Shown here one piece after another: positions 20,457 through 31,171 of a DNA stretch of 64,000 nucleotides. Below the pieces are notes generated by a model that saw nothing but the letters and a program-made list of their open reading frames with translations, had not been told where the DNA came from and searched no databases. The DNA is from Patescibacteria group bacterium (GTDB taxonomy: Bacteria > Patescibacteriota > Microgenomatia > UBA1400 > CG1-02-47-37): positions 4,328-68,327 of the forward strand of contig JAYEMX010000064.1 in NCBI GenBank assembly GCA_034718535.1, given 5' to 3'. The stretch's first letter is position 1; every line of letters starts with the position of its first letter. Both the position numbers and the translations under genes were made by a program.

Positions 20457-20483
20457 AAAAAAATCGCTTCACAGAGAGCGATT
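20457..20483 (-). terminator. Hairpin (aatcgct/agcgatt, 7-bp stem) followed by a U7 tract, ending 8 nt before the fusA AUG; terminator or attenuator-like
   Basis: Read from sequence on the minus strand. Confidence 0.4.
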
Positions 20484-20512
20484 GCTTCGTGAAAATACTT
20501 TAGTATAAATTA

Positions 20513-20546
20513 ATAGAGGTATTATATGAAAAAAAAGATTATTTGT
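20513..20546 (-). promoter_or_regulatory. Candidate sigma-70-like promoter TAGACA-N17-TATAAT reading toward fusA
   Basis: Hexamers and spacing read on the minus strand; lies between REP-2 and the fusA leader hairpin. Confidence 0.3.
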
Positions 20547-20574
20547 CTAGAGGAAACCTGTAAAATCCAGGTGG

Positions 20575-20597
20575 CCTACAAGGAGAGTCCTTGTAGG
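20575..20597. repeat. REP-2 palindrome cctacaaggagagtccttgtagg, 10 nt 3' of the rpsG stop, with a partial duplicated arm (ttttgtaggttt)
   Basis: Same 23-mer as the REP-2 copy after the RAYT-2 stop (55548..55574) and related to the other RAYT-2 copies. Confidence 0.7.
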
Positions 20598-20607
20598 TTT
20601 TGTAGGT

Positions 20608-21087
20608 TTACCAGCGGAAGTGGGCAAAGGCTTTGTTGGATTCGGCAACTTTATGAGCTTGGGTTTTTCTGTCAACGGCACCACCTTGATTTTTTATGGC
20701 ATCTGTTAGTTCGGCGGCTAGTTTTTGATAAAAGTGATGATGTTTTGAGTTTGGTCTTTTTCTGGCGGCATCGATAATCCAACGAATGGCTAGTGACTCT
20801 CTTCTGTTTCCCCTAACAGGCACAGGAACTTGATAGGCAGCTCCACCAACTCTTCTGGATCTAACTTCCATAGTTGGTTTAGCATTGTTAATAGCTTGAC
20901 GTAAAGCAATAATTGGGTCTTCTTTTGTTTGTTTTTTGATAAGTTCCAAAGCTTGATAAACGTGTTTTTGAGCAATTGATTTTTTACCACTATACATAAT
21001 TTTATTAATTATTTTAGCTACCAACTTATTATTATAAAGCGGGTCGGGTTTAGTGATACGTTTGTTTACTTTTCCTGTTCTTGGCAT
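20608..21087 (-). CDS. rpsG: 30S ribosomal protein S7
   Basis: S7 family similarity. Confidence 0.92.
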   Translation of the reverse strand: MPRTGKVNKRITKPDPLYNNKLVAKIINKIMYSGKKSIAQKHVYQALELIKKQTKEDPIIALRQAINNAKPTMEVRSRRVGGAAYQVPVPVRGNRRESLAIRWIIDAARKRPNSKHHHFYQKLAAELTDAIKNQGGAVDRKTQAHKVAESNKAFAHFRW

Positions 21088-21092
21088 AATAA

Positions 21093-21599
21093 TTATTCTG
21101 CTTTCTTACTATCTGTAGGTTTATCATCTGTAGGTTTGTCATCTGCGGGTTTATTCTTTGTTCCCGTAGCTGCTCCGGCAGAAGTAGTAGCACCACTGGC
21201 TTTAGTGCCGTATTTTGATCTTGAAGTTTTTCGGCCTTCGACTCCAGAAGAATCATATTTTCCTCTAATAATATGATATTTTACCCCAGGTAAATCTTTA
21301 ACTCTCCCGCCTCTAATTAAAACAATAGAGTGTTCGGCTAAATCATGGCCTTCACCTGGAATATAAGCAGTAACTTCTTGCTTGTTACTTAACCTAACTC
21401 TGGCAACCTTACGAAGAGCAGAGTTTGGTTTTTTTGGAGTCATGGTTTTAACAACAGTGCAAACACCTCTTTTTTGAGGATTGGTGGTAGAAATTACCCT
21501 TCTGGTTATTAAATTTAAGGATTTTCTTAATGCGGTGGCTTTGATTCTTTTAGGTTTAGATCTTCTTTTTTTTCTGACAAGTTGATTAATAGTCGGCAT
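21093..21599 (-). CDS. rpsL: 30S ribosomal protein S12 with an acidic/Lys-rich C-terminal tail containing a DDKPT repeat
   Basis: S12 core ([12 protein letters not shown]..., [10 protein letters not shown]) then a tail encoded by 3 x 15-bp tandem repeats at 21098..21145. Confidence 0.9.
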   Translation of the reverse strand: MPTINQLVRKKRRSKPKRIKATALRKSLNLITRRVISTTNPQKRGVCTVVKTMTPKKPNSALRKVARVRLSNKQEVTAYIPGEGHDLAEHSIVLIRGGRVKDLPGVKYHIIRGKYDSSGVEGRKTSRSKYGTKASGATTSAGAATGTKNKPADDKPTDDKPTDSKKAE

Positions 21600-21600
21600 A

Positions 21601-24600
21601 TTATTTTTTGATGATAGCTCTTTTTTTACTGGTTGGTATTAAACGACCAATGATAACATTTTCTTTTAATCCCAGTAAGTGGTCTATTTTACCATGAGCA
21701 GCCGAACTGGTTAAAATACTTGAAGTGTGTTGAAAGGAGGCGGCAGATAACCAAGATTCTGTATGTAAAGATGACCTAGTAATTCCAAGGACTGTTTTTA
21801 CAGCGGTGGCTTTTTTACCTTTGTTTTTGGTAGCTAATTTATTGGCAGATTCAAAAATATTTTTTTCAACAAGTTCACCAGAAAGCAAATCCGTATCTCC
21901 AACTGTTTCTACTTGATATTTGTCACACATTTTTCTGACAATAATTTCCAAGTGTTTATCGTGAATTGGAATTCCTTGTGATTCATAAACAGCTTGAACT
22001 TCTTCAATCAGATAATTTTGAGTCTTAGCCATACCACGAGTTTTTAGTAATTCTTTAATATTTAAAGAGCCCGAGGCAAGTCTTTCACCAACTCCAATTA
22101 ATTGATCATTTTTAACTTTTAAAATTGAAGTTAAGGAAATATTATAGGTTTTGGCATCATTTTTATCGGGCGGAGTAATAGTAACTTGATGACCTTGAAC
22201 TGTTTCTTCAATACTAACTTTTCCGGCAATAGTGGCTAAAGGAGAAGACATTTTAGGATTTCTGGCTTCAAAAAGCTCTTCAACTCGAGGTAGTCCTTGA
22301 GTAACATCGGCAGTAATAATACCACCGGTATGTTTAACTCTCATGGTTAGCTGAGTACCAGGTTCGCCGATTGATTGAGCAGCAATAACACCAACCGGAG
22401 ATCCAATGGTAATTTTCTTTTTGGTAGAAAAATCCCAACCATAACAAGAAGCACAAAGTCCGTGTTTAGCTTCACAGGTTAATGGAGACCTAACTTTAAC
22501 TAGATTAATTTTTGACTTAAATATTTTTTGAGCAATTTCTTCTGTAATTATTTTATTCTTTTTAACAATTACTTTATCGGCAATTTTTATGGTTTTGGCG
22601 GCCAACCTACCAACAATTCTAATTCCAAAAGATTTATCACGATTCCCTTTTCTGACAATATCCAATCCTTGCTTGGTTTTACAATCGTCTAGTCGAATAA
22701 TCATATCGTGAGCAACATCCACTAAACGACGAGTTAAGTAGCCGGCATCTGCTGTTTTAATGGCCGAGTCGGTTAAGCCTTTTCTTGAACCTCTTGAAGA
22801 AGTAACATACTCAAAAACAGATAGGCCTTCTCTAAAATTTGATTTGGTTGGAAGTTCGACAATTTTTCCCAAAGGATCAACTACCAACCCACGCATGGCG
22901 GCCAACTGTTTAACTTGATCTTTAGAAGCACGAGTTCCACCTGATTGAATAATTATTTTGACTGAATTTGATTCGTCAAAACTATTCCAAGTTTTATCGG
23001 CAATTATACTAGTAACCTCCATCCAAAGCTCGATACTTAGTCTTCTTTTTTCTTCTCTGGTAATTAAACCATTTTTATAGTTTTCTTCGATGAGAAGAGC
23101 TTTTGCATTTGATTTTTTAATGATGGTTGATTTTTCTTTGATTATTTTACAGTCGGAAACAGCCACTGATAATCCAGACAAAGTAACTCCTTCAAACCCA
23201 AGATCTTTAAGATCGTCTATTAGCTGAGCAGTTTCTTTTTTAGAACAAATAGTAATAGCTTTTTTAACTAAGTTTTTAATGTCTGAAGATTTAATGGTTT
23301 TATTAATAAACCTTAATGGTTCCGGTAAATTTTCATTTAGCATTAATCTGCCGACAGAAGTTTCGATAATTTTTTTGTTTAACCTAACCTTAATTAATTG
23401 TCTAGTTTTTATATCTTTTGATTGATGGGCAAAAATGGCTTCTTTTGACGAAGAAAAAATAGTTTCATCTGGTTTTATTCGAGAATCTATTGAGGTAATA
23501 TAGTAAATACCAAGAGCCATTTCTTTGTTTGGAAGAGTAATCGGTGAACCATCAGCCGGTTTAAGCAAATTATTGTCTGGCATCATTAATTCAATAGCTT
23601 CTTTTTGAGATTTTTTTGAAAGTGGAACATGAACAGCCATTTGATCTCCATCAAAGTCGGCATTATAACCAGCACAAACACAAGGATGAAGTTGGATAGC
23701 ACTACCTTCTACTAAAACAGGATAAAAAGCTTGAATACCGAGTTTGTGCAAAGTGGGGGCACGATTTAGTAAGATCGGATGATCTTTAATAATATCTTCT
23801 AAAATATCAAAAACTTCACGAGGTTTTCTTTCCAAAAAGTTCTTAGCGGATTTAACATTTGGGGCAAAATTACGATTAATAATTTCTCTTAAAACATAAG
23901 GTTTAAATATTTCTAGGGCCATTAATTTAGGTATACCGGCTTGATTTAGTTTTAGATGAGGACCAACTACGATAACACTTCTGCCAGAATAGTCGACTCT
24001 TTTACCAAGTAAATTTTGGCGGAAACGACCCTGCTTTCCTTTAAGCATGTCTGCTAAAGAACGAAGTTCTTTGGTTCCACGACGCCTAATGGCTTTGGCT
24101 TGGGAAGTATCTATTAAGGTGTCAACGGATTCTTGAAGCATTCTTTTTTCATTCCTTAAAATTATTTCCGGAGCACCAAGATTTATTAAGTGTTTTAAGC
24201 GATTGTTTCGATTGATAACTCTTCGATATAGATCATTGATATCACTTGAGGCAAAATGGCCGCTCGATAATTGGACCATTGGTCTTAAATCCGGAGGTAA
24301 GACCGGCAAAAGTGAGATGATCATCCAATGTGGCTCAATACTAACTTTTTTGAAACCTTCAATAATTCTTAGTATTTTACTAGCTTTAATTTGGCGTTGG
24401 CCGGTATATTTTTTGACTTCGTCACGATATTTAGTGGTTAATTCTTTAAGGTCAAGTTTTTTAATAACTTCTAAAACAGCCTCTGCACCCATACCAACCT
24501 TAAGAAAACCAGTAGCGTTATATTCGGTTAATTTTAAGTATTCATCTTCTGATAAAACCGAAAGTTTATAAGTTTTTTTAACCAAATCTTTAATAGCATC

Positions 24601-25281
24601 ATAAATATCTTTCAAAATATCTTTTTCCAAGGCAAAGCTTTCTTTTAAGGCAACAATTTGCCTTTTAGTTTTTAACAAGGCTTCGTTAACAGCCATTTCT
24701 ATTTGTTCTTTAGCTTTGATTTTCTTTTTAATGACTTTAATTGATTTGGTTCCTTTTATTTTAGTGTCTTCAATCTCTTTTTTTAGATTTTCTTTGAGAA
24801 TATTTACTTTATCGGTAAATTGTTTATCTTGGTCTTTATAAATACCTTTTTTGGCACTTTCATCAGACTCGATAACTAAATACTTGGCAAAATAAATAAC
24901 CCCAGATAGATTTCTTGGAGAAACTCCCAAGATTAAAGATAAGTGGGAGGGGGCGCCTTTGAAAAACCAAATGTGGGCAACCGGACTAGCAAGTTTGATA
25001 TGACCCATTCGTTCTCGACGAACTTTACTTCGAGTAACTTCCACGCCACATTTATCACAAATAATTCCCCGATAACGAATGCGTTTGTATTTTCCACAAT
25101 AACATTCCCAATCTTTGGTCGGACCAAAAATTTTCTCACAAAATAGACCATCTTTTTCCGGTTTTAAAGTTCTATAATTAATGGTTTCCGGTTTTAAAAC
25201 TTCTCCGTGAGACCAAGATTTAATTACTTCCGGAGAAGCAAGTTTTATTTGTAGGCTGGCAAAATTAGTTAATTTATTCAT
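21601..25281 (-). CDS. rpoC: DNA-directed RNA polymerase subunit beta-prime
   Basis: Zn-binding CxxC N-terminus, NADFDGD catalytic motif. Confidence 0.95.
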   Translation of the reverse strand: MNKLTNFASLQIKLASPEVIKSWSHGEVLKPETINYRTLKPEKDGLFCEKIFGPTKDWECYCGKYKRIRYRGIICDKCGVEVTRSKVRRERMGHIKLASPVAHIWFFKGAPSHLSLILGVSPRNLSGVIYFAKYLVIESDESAKKGIYKDQDKQFTDKVNILKENLKKEIEDTKIKGTKSIKVIKKKIKAKEQIEMAVNEALLKTKRQIVALKESFALEKDILKDIYDAIKDLVKKTYKLSVLSEDEYLKLTEYNATGFLKVGMGAEAVLEVIKKLDLKELTTKYRDEVKKYTGQRQIKASKILRIIEGFKKVSIEPHWMIISLLPVLPPDLRPMVQLSSGHFASSDINDLYRRVINRNNRLKHLINLGAPEIILRNEKRMLQESVDTLIDTSQAKAIRRRGTKELRSLADMLKGKQGRFRQNLLGKRVDYSGRSVIVVGPHLKLNQAGIPKLMALEIFKPYVLREIINRNFAPNVKSAKNFLERKPREVFDILEDIIKDHPILLNRAPTLHKLGIQAFYPVLVEGSAIQLHPCVCAGYNADFDGDQMAVHVPLSKKSQKEAIELMMPDNNLLKPADGSPITLPNKEMALGIYYITSIDSRIKPDETIFSSSKEAIFAHQSKDIKTRQLIKVRLNKKIIETSVGRLMLNENLPEPLRFINKTIKSSDIKNLVKKAITICSKKETAQLIDDLKDLGFEGVTLSGLSVAVSDCKIIKEKSTIIKKSNAKALLIEENYKNGLITREEKRRLSIELWMEVTSIIADKTWNSFDESNSVKIIIQSGGTRASKDQVKQLAAMRGLVVDPLGKIVELPTKSNFREGLSVFEYVTSSRGSRKGLTDSAIKTADAGYLTRRLVDVAHDMIIRLDDCKTKQGLDIVRKGNRDKSFGIRIVGRLAAKTIKIADKVIVKKNKIITEEIAQKIFKSKINLVKVRSPLTCEAKHGLCASCYGWDFSTKKKITIGSPVGVIAAQSIGEPGTQLTMRVKHTGGIITADVTQGLPRVEELFEARNPKMSSPLATIAGKVSIEETVQGHQVTITPPDKNDAKTYNISLTSILKVKNDQLIGVGERLASGSLNIKELLKTRGMAKTQNYLIEEVQAVYESQGIPIHDKHLEIIVRKMCDKYQVETVGDTDLLSGELVEKNIFESANKLATKNKGKKATAVKTVLGITRSSLHTESWLSAASFQHTSSILTSSAAHGKIDHLLGLKENVIIGRLIPTSKKRAIIKK

Positions 25282-25287
25282 TGGTTT

Positions 25288-28200
25288 TTATTTTTTCTTT
25301 TTTGTTTTTTTAGTTTTCTTTTTAGGCTGTTCATTTTTATCTAATTTTTTCTTTGGTGGATTATCTTCTTTTGACTGATCAACAGTTCCACCGGGAATAA
25401 TGTTTAAACATAAACTGTTTAATTCTTTAATTAAAACTTTAAAGGATTCCGGAACTGTAGCTTCAGAAATATCCAAGCTTTTAACAATAGCTTCAAATGC
25501 TTTAGCTCTACCAACCACGTCGTCTGATTTTATGGTTAGCATTTCTTGAAGAGTGTAAGCAGCTCGATGTGCTTCTAGGGCCCAAACTTCCATTTCCCCT
25601 AAACGTTGACCTCCCATTTGGGCTTTACCGCCTAATGGTTGTTGAGTAACTAAAGAATATGGCCCAGTTGAACGAGCATGAATTTTATCTTCAACCATAT
25701 GAATCAGTTTTAAAATATAGGCAACCCCAACAGTAATTTTTTCGTCAAAAGGATGGCCAGTTCGACCATCAAAAAGTTTAATTTTTCCGTTTGTAGGAAG
25801 ATTTGCTTTTTTAAGCTCCTTTTGAGTAACTTCTTCTTTGATATGTTCAAAAACCGGGAGAGCTACTTTATAGCCTAATTTTTTGGCAGCCCAACCCAGT
25901 TGAGCTTCCAAAAGTTGGCCTAAATTCATACGAGCTAAAACCGACAATGGAGAAATAATAATATCAACCGGGGTCCCATCTTCAAAATAAGGCATATCTG
26001 CCACAGGAAGTATTTTTGAGATAACTCCTTTGTTTCCATGACGACCGGCTAATTTATCTCCAGATAAAATTTTTCTCATTTGAGCAACTTGAACTTTTAC
26101 TTTTTTTAAGACTCCCGGATTGAGTTCGTCGCCTTTTTCGCGATCAAAAATTTCAATATTAATGACAACCCCCGCTTCTCCGTGAGGAACTCTAAGGGAA
26201 GTGTCTCGAACTTCTCTGGCTTTTTCTCCAAAAATGGCTCTAAGTAATCTTTCTTCGGCAGTAAGTTCTGTTTCGCCTTTGGGGGCAATTTTCCCAACTA
26301 AAATTTCGTTTGGCTCTACTTGTGAACCAACAACAACAATTCCATCTTCTCCAAGATTAGCTAGTTCGAGCTCGCCGACATTGGGAATATCTCTAGTTAA
26401 TTCTTCTGCCCCCAGTTTAGTGTCCATTATTTTAGCTTCATATTGGTTTATTATTATTGAAGTTAAAATATCTTGTCTAACTAAACGTTCCGAAATAATA
26501 ATAGCATCTTCATAACCCAAACCTTCGTAGCTCATATAGGCAATAGTTAAATTTTGACCTAAAGCAAGTTCTCCATTATCACTAGCCGGACCATCAATAA
26601 TCAAATCTCCTGCTTTTATTTTATCTCCAGTGGAAACCATGGGTGTTTGAGAGTAGCAGGTAGATTGAGTAGTTCTTGAGAATTTAGAAATTTTATAATG
26701 AAGTTCGTTTTTAGAAATAGATATAAAATTTGGTAAAGATTCTTTTATTTTTTTAATATCTTTGATGGATGATTTGATAACAACTTCATTAGAATCAACA
26801 TAAGTTACTATTCCTGAGGTAAGTGACTTGACTACTCGATTCATGGCTTGAGCTACTATTTTTTCCATTCCAGTACCAATAATCGGAGAGTCTGGCTTAA
26901 TTAAGGGTACGGCTTGACATTGCATGTGAGTGCCCATTAGAGCTCGATTGGCTTCGTCATGAGCAATAAAAGGAATTAAAGAGGCTGAAGTACCAACCAC
27001 CTGGTGAGGAACAACATCAGCAAATTCAATTTGTTTGCTGTTAATTTCTATATACTCTGTTTGATAACGAGCCGGAATCCATTGATCTAAAATATAGCCT
27101 TTTTCATCTAAATTAATTTCTGCGTGAGTAATATAGTGATTTTCTTCTTCGTCTGAAGATAAGTAAACAATTTCATCGGTAACTTTAGCCACTGTTTTTG
27201 TACCTTTAGTTTCATGAATTACTTTTCTATAGGGTGCTTCTAAAAAGCCAAAAGGATTAACACGAGCATAAAGGGTAAGATAAGTGACTAAACCTATATT
27301 TGGTCCTTCCGGAGATCTAACCGGACATATACGACTATATTGACTGGCATTAATATCACGCATAGAAAAACTGGCTCTTTCTCGAGTAACTCCGCCAGGA
27401 CCCATAACCGAAAGCCTTCTAAGGTTATCGATTTCAGCCAAAGGGTTGGTTTGATCTAAAATAGTAGATAAACGATTTCTTCTAAAAAAGTCTGAAACAG
27501 CAGCAATAACCGGTCGAGGATTAACTAATAAACTTGGAGTAATTTCAATGTCTGCTTTTGAAAGACTCATTTTTTCTCTAATTGATCTTTCCAGTCGAAG
27601 TAAACCAAGCCTAAAAGAAGTGGTGGCAACTAATTCACCTACTCGTCTAACCCGACGGTTAGAAAGAGAATCAATATCGTCAACTTTACCTTGGCCATTT
27701 TGAAGTGCAATTAAGTATTTTATGGAGGCAATAATATCCTCTCTGGTAAGAACGTTAACATCGGCAGAAATATTTAACTCTAATCGACGATTTAGTTTAT
27801 AACGACCGACATCTCCCAGATCATAGCGACGAGGATCAAAAAACATTTTATGAAATAATTCTCTGGCATTTTCAATAACAGCCGGATCTCCGGGTCTCAT
27901 TTTTTGATAAATTTCGATTAAAGCCTCTTCATGTGTTTTAGTGGGGTCTTTTTCCAGGGTTGAGAAAATAAAAGGATGTTTTTGGTCAGTATCTACATCT
28001 TTAAAAAGATTGATAATTTCTTCATCTGTAGTTGGTTGAATGGCTCTAAGAAGAGTAGTAGCTGATATTTTGCGATGCTTATCTATTTTAACTGTAATAG
28101 TATTATATCTAGAAATATTTATTTCCAGCCATGATCCTCTTAAGGGTCTTAATTCTGCCTGATAGAGATTACGACCTGTAGAGGGATCTGTACTCCCGGA

Positions 28201-28620
28201 AAAAAATACGCCCGGTGAACGGACGAGTTGATTGACAACCGATCTTTCAATTCCATTGATAATAAAGGTGCCAATGTCGGTCATTTGAGGAATATCCCCT
28301 AAAAAAACCTCTTGTTTTGTGGTTTCTCCAGTTTGAAGATTGGTTAATTTAGCTTTAACTCTTATGGGTACATCGTAGGTTAAACCTTTTTCTTTAGCAA
28401 TATCCGAAGATTTTTTAGGATTTCCAACTGAATGTTTACCAAATTCTAGTTGCCAATTTTTACCGGTAAAGTCTTTAATCGGAGAAATATTTTTAATAGC
28501 ATTGGTAATGCCTTCAGACATGAACCATTGATAAGATTCTTTTTGAACCTTGAGAAAATTAAGCTCCGGAAGGTTTTTTGGATAAGGTTTCCAGTTGATT
28601 CTTTTAGATTTTTTTGACAT
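25288..28620 (-). CDS. rpoB: DNA-directed RNA polymerase subunit beta
   Basis: Beta-subunit conserved regions throughout; Lys-rich C-terminal tail. Confidence 0.95.
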   Translation of the reverse strand: MSKKSKRINWKPYPKNLPELNFLKVQKESYQWFMSEGITNAIKNISPIKDFTGKNWQLEFGKHSVGNPKKSSDIAKEKGLTYDVPIRVKAKLTNLQTGETTKQEVFLGDIPQMTDIGTFIINGIERSVVNQLVRSPGVFFSGSTDPSTGRNLYQAELRPLRGSWLEINISRYNTITVKIDKHRKISATTLLRAIQPTTDEEIINLFKDVDTDQKHPFIFSTLEKDPTKTHEEALIEIYQKMRPGDPAVIENARELFHKMFFDPRRYDLGDVGRYKLNRRLELNISADVNVLTREDIIASIKYLIALQNGQGKVDDIDSLSNRRVRRVGELVATTSFRLGLLRLERSIREKMSLSKADIEITPSLLVNPRPVIAAVSDFFRRNRLSTILDQTNPLAEIDNLRRLSVMGPGGVTRERASFSMRDINASQYSRICPVRSPEGPNIGLVTYLTLYARVNPFGFLEAPYRKVIHETKGTKTVAKVTDEIVYLSSDEEENHYITHAEINLDEKGYILDQWIPARYQTEYIEINSKQIEFADVVPHQVVGTSASLIPFIAHDEANRALMGTHMQCQAVPLIKPDSPIIGTGMEKIVAQAMNRVVKSLTSGIVTYVDSNEVVIKSSIKDIKKIKESLPNFISISKNELHYKISKFSRTTQSTCYSQTPMVSTGDKIKAGDLIIDGPASDNGELALGQNLTIAYMSYEGLGYEDAIIISERLVRQDILTSIIINQYEAKIMDTKLGAEELTRDIPNVGELELANLGEDGIVVVGSQVEPNEILVGKIAPKGETELTAEERLLRAIFGEKAREVRDTSLRVPHGEAGVVINIEIFDREKGDELNPGVLKKVKVQVAQMRKILSGDKLAGRHGNKGVISKILPVADMPYFEDGTPVDIIISPLSVLARMNLGQLLEAQLGWAAKKLGYKVALPVFEHIKEEVTQKELKKANLPTNGKIKLFDGRTGHPFDEKITVGVAYILKLIHMVEDKIHARSTGPYSLVTQQPLGGKAQMGGQRLGEMEVWALEAHRAAYTLQEMLTIKSDDVVGRAKAFEAIVKSLDISEATVPESFKVLIKELNSLCLNIIPGGTVDQSKEDNPPKKKLDKNEQPKKKTKKTKKKK

Positions 28621-28625
28621 GACTT

Positions 28626-28659
28626 TAAAAAACAGAAAAAACGGGTGACTAACCCGTTT
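28626..28659 (-). terminator. Intrinsic-terminator-like hairpin (aaacgggt-uaguc-acccguuu) plus UUUUUCUGUUUUUU, ending 5 nt before the rpoB AUG
   Basis: Read on the minus strand; no SD before rpoB. Confidence 0.45.
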
Positions 28660-28817
28660 GTTTGGATTTAAAACTAAATTAAGATGTTAAGGTTGTGAAT
28701 ATAAATCACTTTTTTCCTTTATTGACTTTTTAAAAAGTATTTTTAAGAAAGGGACGAACAAGACCTAGCCTGATAACAGGCTATGATTAAAGTATATTAA
28801 CAGATAACCAGAGAAAG

Positions 28818-29771
28818 TCAAGGAGAAAGATATTTTTTTATATTAGCATTGTGACCGGCAAGATCCTTGGCATAGTGATTATAACCACCGGAATCTGAGA
28901 CATAATATAGATAATTGGTGTTGGCGGGAGCAGTAGCGGCTTTTAGGGTTTCCAGGCCGGGATTTGATATTGGAGCTGGAGGAAGGCTTGAATTTTGATA
29001 GGTATTGTAAGGCGAAGGGGTTTTTAAATCTTTTAAAGTTAAATTGTTTGGCCACCAACCTCCTTCTTTACCTAAGATGTATTGAACAGTGGCGTCTATT
29101 TGTAGAGCCATATTAATATCTAAACGATTGTGAATAACACTAGAAACTAGAGATTTATCTTTTTGATGTTTGGCTTCTCTTTCGATTAAACTAGCCAAAA
29201 TAATGGTGTTTTTGTCTTGAGTAGGGCTTTTTTGATTAAAAGTTTTTAGTAAAAGATCTATAACGTCTTGGATTGAAGCAGTTTGAGGAATAAGATAAGT
29301 ATCCGGAAAAAGATGACCTTCATAGGGTTTGGCTTGAATAATAAAATCATTTTTAGTGAAGTTGGTGGTTTTTTCTTGTAATCGTTCGGCAATTTGCTCA
29401 ACTCTAAGGCCTTCGGGGAAAGTAATCCAAAAATCTAAACTACCATGAGTTAATGATTCAATAATAGTTTCTAAATCCATAGAAGGAGAAAGTTGAAAAT
29501 CCCCGGCCTGAAGTTTATTTGAATAGTTTTTTTGGTCGACAAATAGTTTAAAAGCTAAGTCTGATTTAATTAATTTAGCTTGTTTTAAGCGCTTGGCAAT
29601 ATTAGAAGTAGCTTGACCTTTTGGAATAACAAAAACTTGAGTTGAGGTAATTTTTGGATTAATCGGTTTAATTACCCATTGATACCAACCAATAGTGGTA
29701 AGAAAAAGAATAATCAACAAGATTAACCCTAGAAAGATAAGCTTTTTTAACATTAGTCTAAACTTCTTCAA
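28818..29771 (-). CDS. mltG: Endolytic murein transglycosylase MltG (YceG family)
   Basis: N-terminal TM then YceG-like domain. Confidence 0.75.
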   Translation of the reverse strand: MKKFRLMLKKLIFLGLILLIILFLTTIGWYQWVIKPINPKITSTQVFVIPKGQATSNIAKRLKQAKLIKSDLAFKLFVDQKNYSNKLQAGDFQLSPSMDLETIIESLTHGSLDFWITFPEGLRVEQIAERLQEKTTNFTKNDFIIQAKPYEGHLFPDTYLIPQTASIQDVIDLLLKTFNQKSPTQDKNTIILASLIEREAKHQKDKSLVSSVIHNRLDINMALQIDATVQYILGKEGGWWPNNLTLKDLKTPSPYNTYQNSSLPPAPISNPGLETLKAATAPANTNYLYYVSDSGGYNHYAKDLAGHNANIKKYLSP

Positions 29772-29958
29772 ATAAAGCGCGACGATACTTTTTGGTTTTT
29801 AAATCATGAATAAAAATACGACCACACTTGCAGGTAATTTTTTCTCTTTGATTGCTTAATTTTTTTGATTTGCCATCTTTTAACGGCATGCCACAACCAA
29901 CACATTGACCGCGAGAAAGCAACCAAGCCTGAACAGGTGCAATAACATTTTTAAACAT
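29758..29958 (-). CDS. Small zinc-ribbon protein (CxxC...CxC), hypothetical
   Basis: Four Cys in two pairs; overlaps the mltG start. Confidence 0.4.
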   Translation of the reverse strand: MFKNVIAPVQAWLLSRGQCVGCGMPLKDGKSKKLSNQREKITCKCGRIFIHDLKTKKYRRALFEEV

Positions 29959-29999
29959 AGATAGTCTCCTTTATAAAGATTATTAATAGATTTATTTTA

Positions 30000-30389
30000 T
30001 CAGTGTTTAGATAAGTCATCAAGATAAGATTGAAGGATTATGGTGGCGGCAATTTTATGGTCTTGGCGGCGTTTTTTTTGCGGAGCTTGAGCCTGGATCA
30101 TTTTAATCTTAGCTTCGTAGCTTGATAGGGTTTCGTCTTGGTAGTAAATAGGGAGATTGGCCAACTGACTAAGTTTAGTGGCAAATGTTTTTATTTTTGG
30201 AGCTAATTTTCCTTGAGTAATACCAATAACCATAGCTTCAATTTCATACTCTTTAATTATTTGAAGTAAAAACCGAAATATTTTTTTTCCCGAAAAATAA
30301 GTTTTTTGAGTTAAGGGAAAAGCTAAGGGTCCTTGAGCTAAGCTTAAGCCAAGATGTTTTAGGCCAAAATCTATACCGAGATAGTTCAT
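30000..30389 (-). CDS. ruvX: Putative pre-16S rRNA nuclease / Holliday-junction-resolvase-like YqgF (RuvX); start at MNYLGIDFG
   Basis: N-terminal GIDFGLKHLGLSLA matches the YqgF/RNase H-like fold start. Confidence 0.7.
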   Translation of the reverse strand: MNYLGIDFGLKHLGLSLAQGPLAFPLTQKTYFSGKKIFRFLLQIIKEYEIEAMVIGITQGKLAPKIKTFATKLSQLANLPIYYQDETLSSYEAKIKMIQAQAPQKKRRQDHKIAATIILQSYLDDLSKH

Positions 30390-31171
30390 ATCTCCGATAA
30401 TCTGGCTTTGACTATACCTCGGCGCCAATAAGTTCCGGGAGGAGTACAAGTAACTAAAGTCAGTTCTTTTTGATTATAGTGTTGTTCAAGAATGTTAATT
30501 TCGTCCGGAGCTACTTCGTAATAATCGTAAACCGTGTATTTATAAGAAATGCCATCATAATTAATAAAGACTTCATTTCCATTATCTAGGGTGGGAAGTA
30601 GAGAAAAAATAGCACGATAAGATTGGGGGTTGTAAAACTGAGGTAAAATAGAATGACCAAAGATAACTGAGTTACCGGCCTCCCCCGGATATGCGGTACC
30701 ACCATAATGGATTAAGCTGGTATTAAGGTCATCACCTCCAATAGCCACAACAGCGTTTTTAATTCTTAATCTGGGAATACTTAAAGTATAATGAGTAATT
30801 CTTGATGGAGAAAGAAGAGTTTGGGGTTTAGTAAAATTAAACCAGTTATTAACTTTTGAGTAATTAACAATTGAGTTTTCATTGGTGGTTTGGTTAGCCA
30901 GAACTTGGGGATTATTTGGGGAAATCGGATCTTGGATTGGGCTGATAAATTTGGGTTTTTTAGTACTTGTCATGGTTAGTTCATGAGAAATAATTGGGTA
31001 GCCAACAGAAATTAAAAGAGAGGCACCAACCGTAATCATGATAGTGGGAATTAATTTTTTTAAGTTAAAGAAGAATTGATGTTTTTGATTTTGAATAATA
31101 GTGGTTGGATTTGAGATCGGAGCTTTAGTATAGATAATACTCATATTTATATTATTCTGTTTTGAGCTCAA
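30386..31171 (-). CDS. Sortase-family transpeptidase, membrane-anchored
   Basis: VIFGHS (His) and LTLVTCTP (TLxTC Cys) motifs; N-terminal TM. Confidence 0.75.
   Translation of the reverse strand: MSSKQNNINMSIIYTKAPISNPTTIIQNQKHQFFFNLKKLIPTIMITVGASLLISVGYPIISHELTMTSTKKPKFISPIQDPISPNNPQVLANQTTNENSIVNYSKVNNWFNFTKPQTLLSPSRITHYTLSIPRLRIKNAVVAIGGDDLNTSLIHYGGTAYPGEAGNSVIFGHSILPQFYNPQSYRAIFSLLPTLDNGNEVFINYDGISYKYTVYDYYEVAPDEINILEQHYNQKELTLVTCTPPGTYWRRGIVKARLSEI

Noticed and set aside
20526-20777. Plus-strand 83-aa ORF in the rpsG-fusA spacer
   Set aside because: It is antisense to rpsG for most of its length and its Cys-rich start is simply the REP-2 palindrome translated. Not a credible gene.
28681-28700. 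gttaaggttgtgaa fragment upstream of rpoB as a further PAL copy
   Set aside because: Only one arm is recognisable. Treated as a possible remnant, not a feature.
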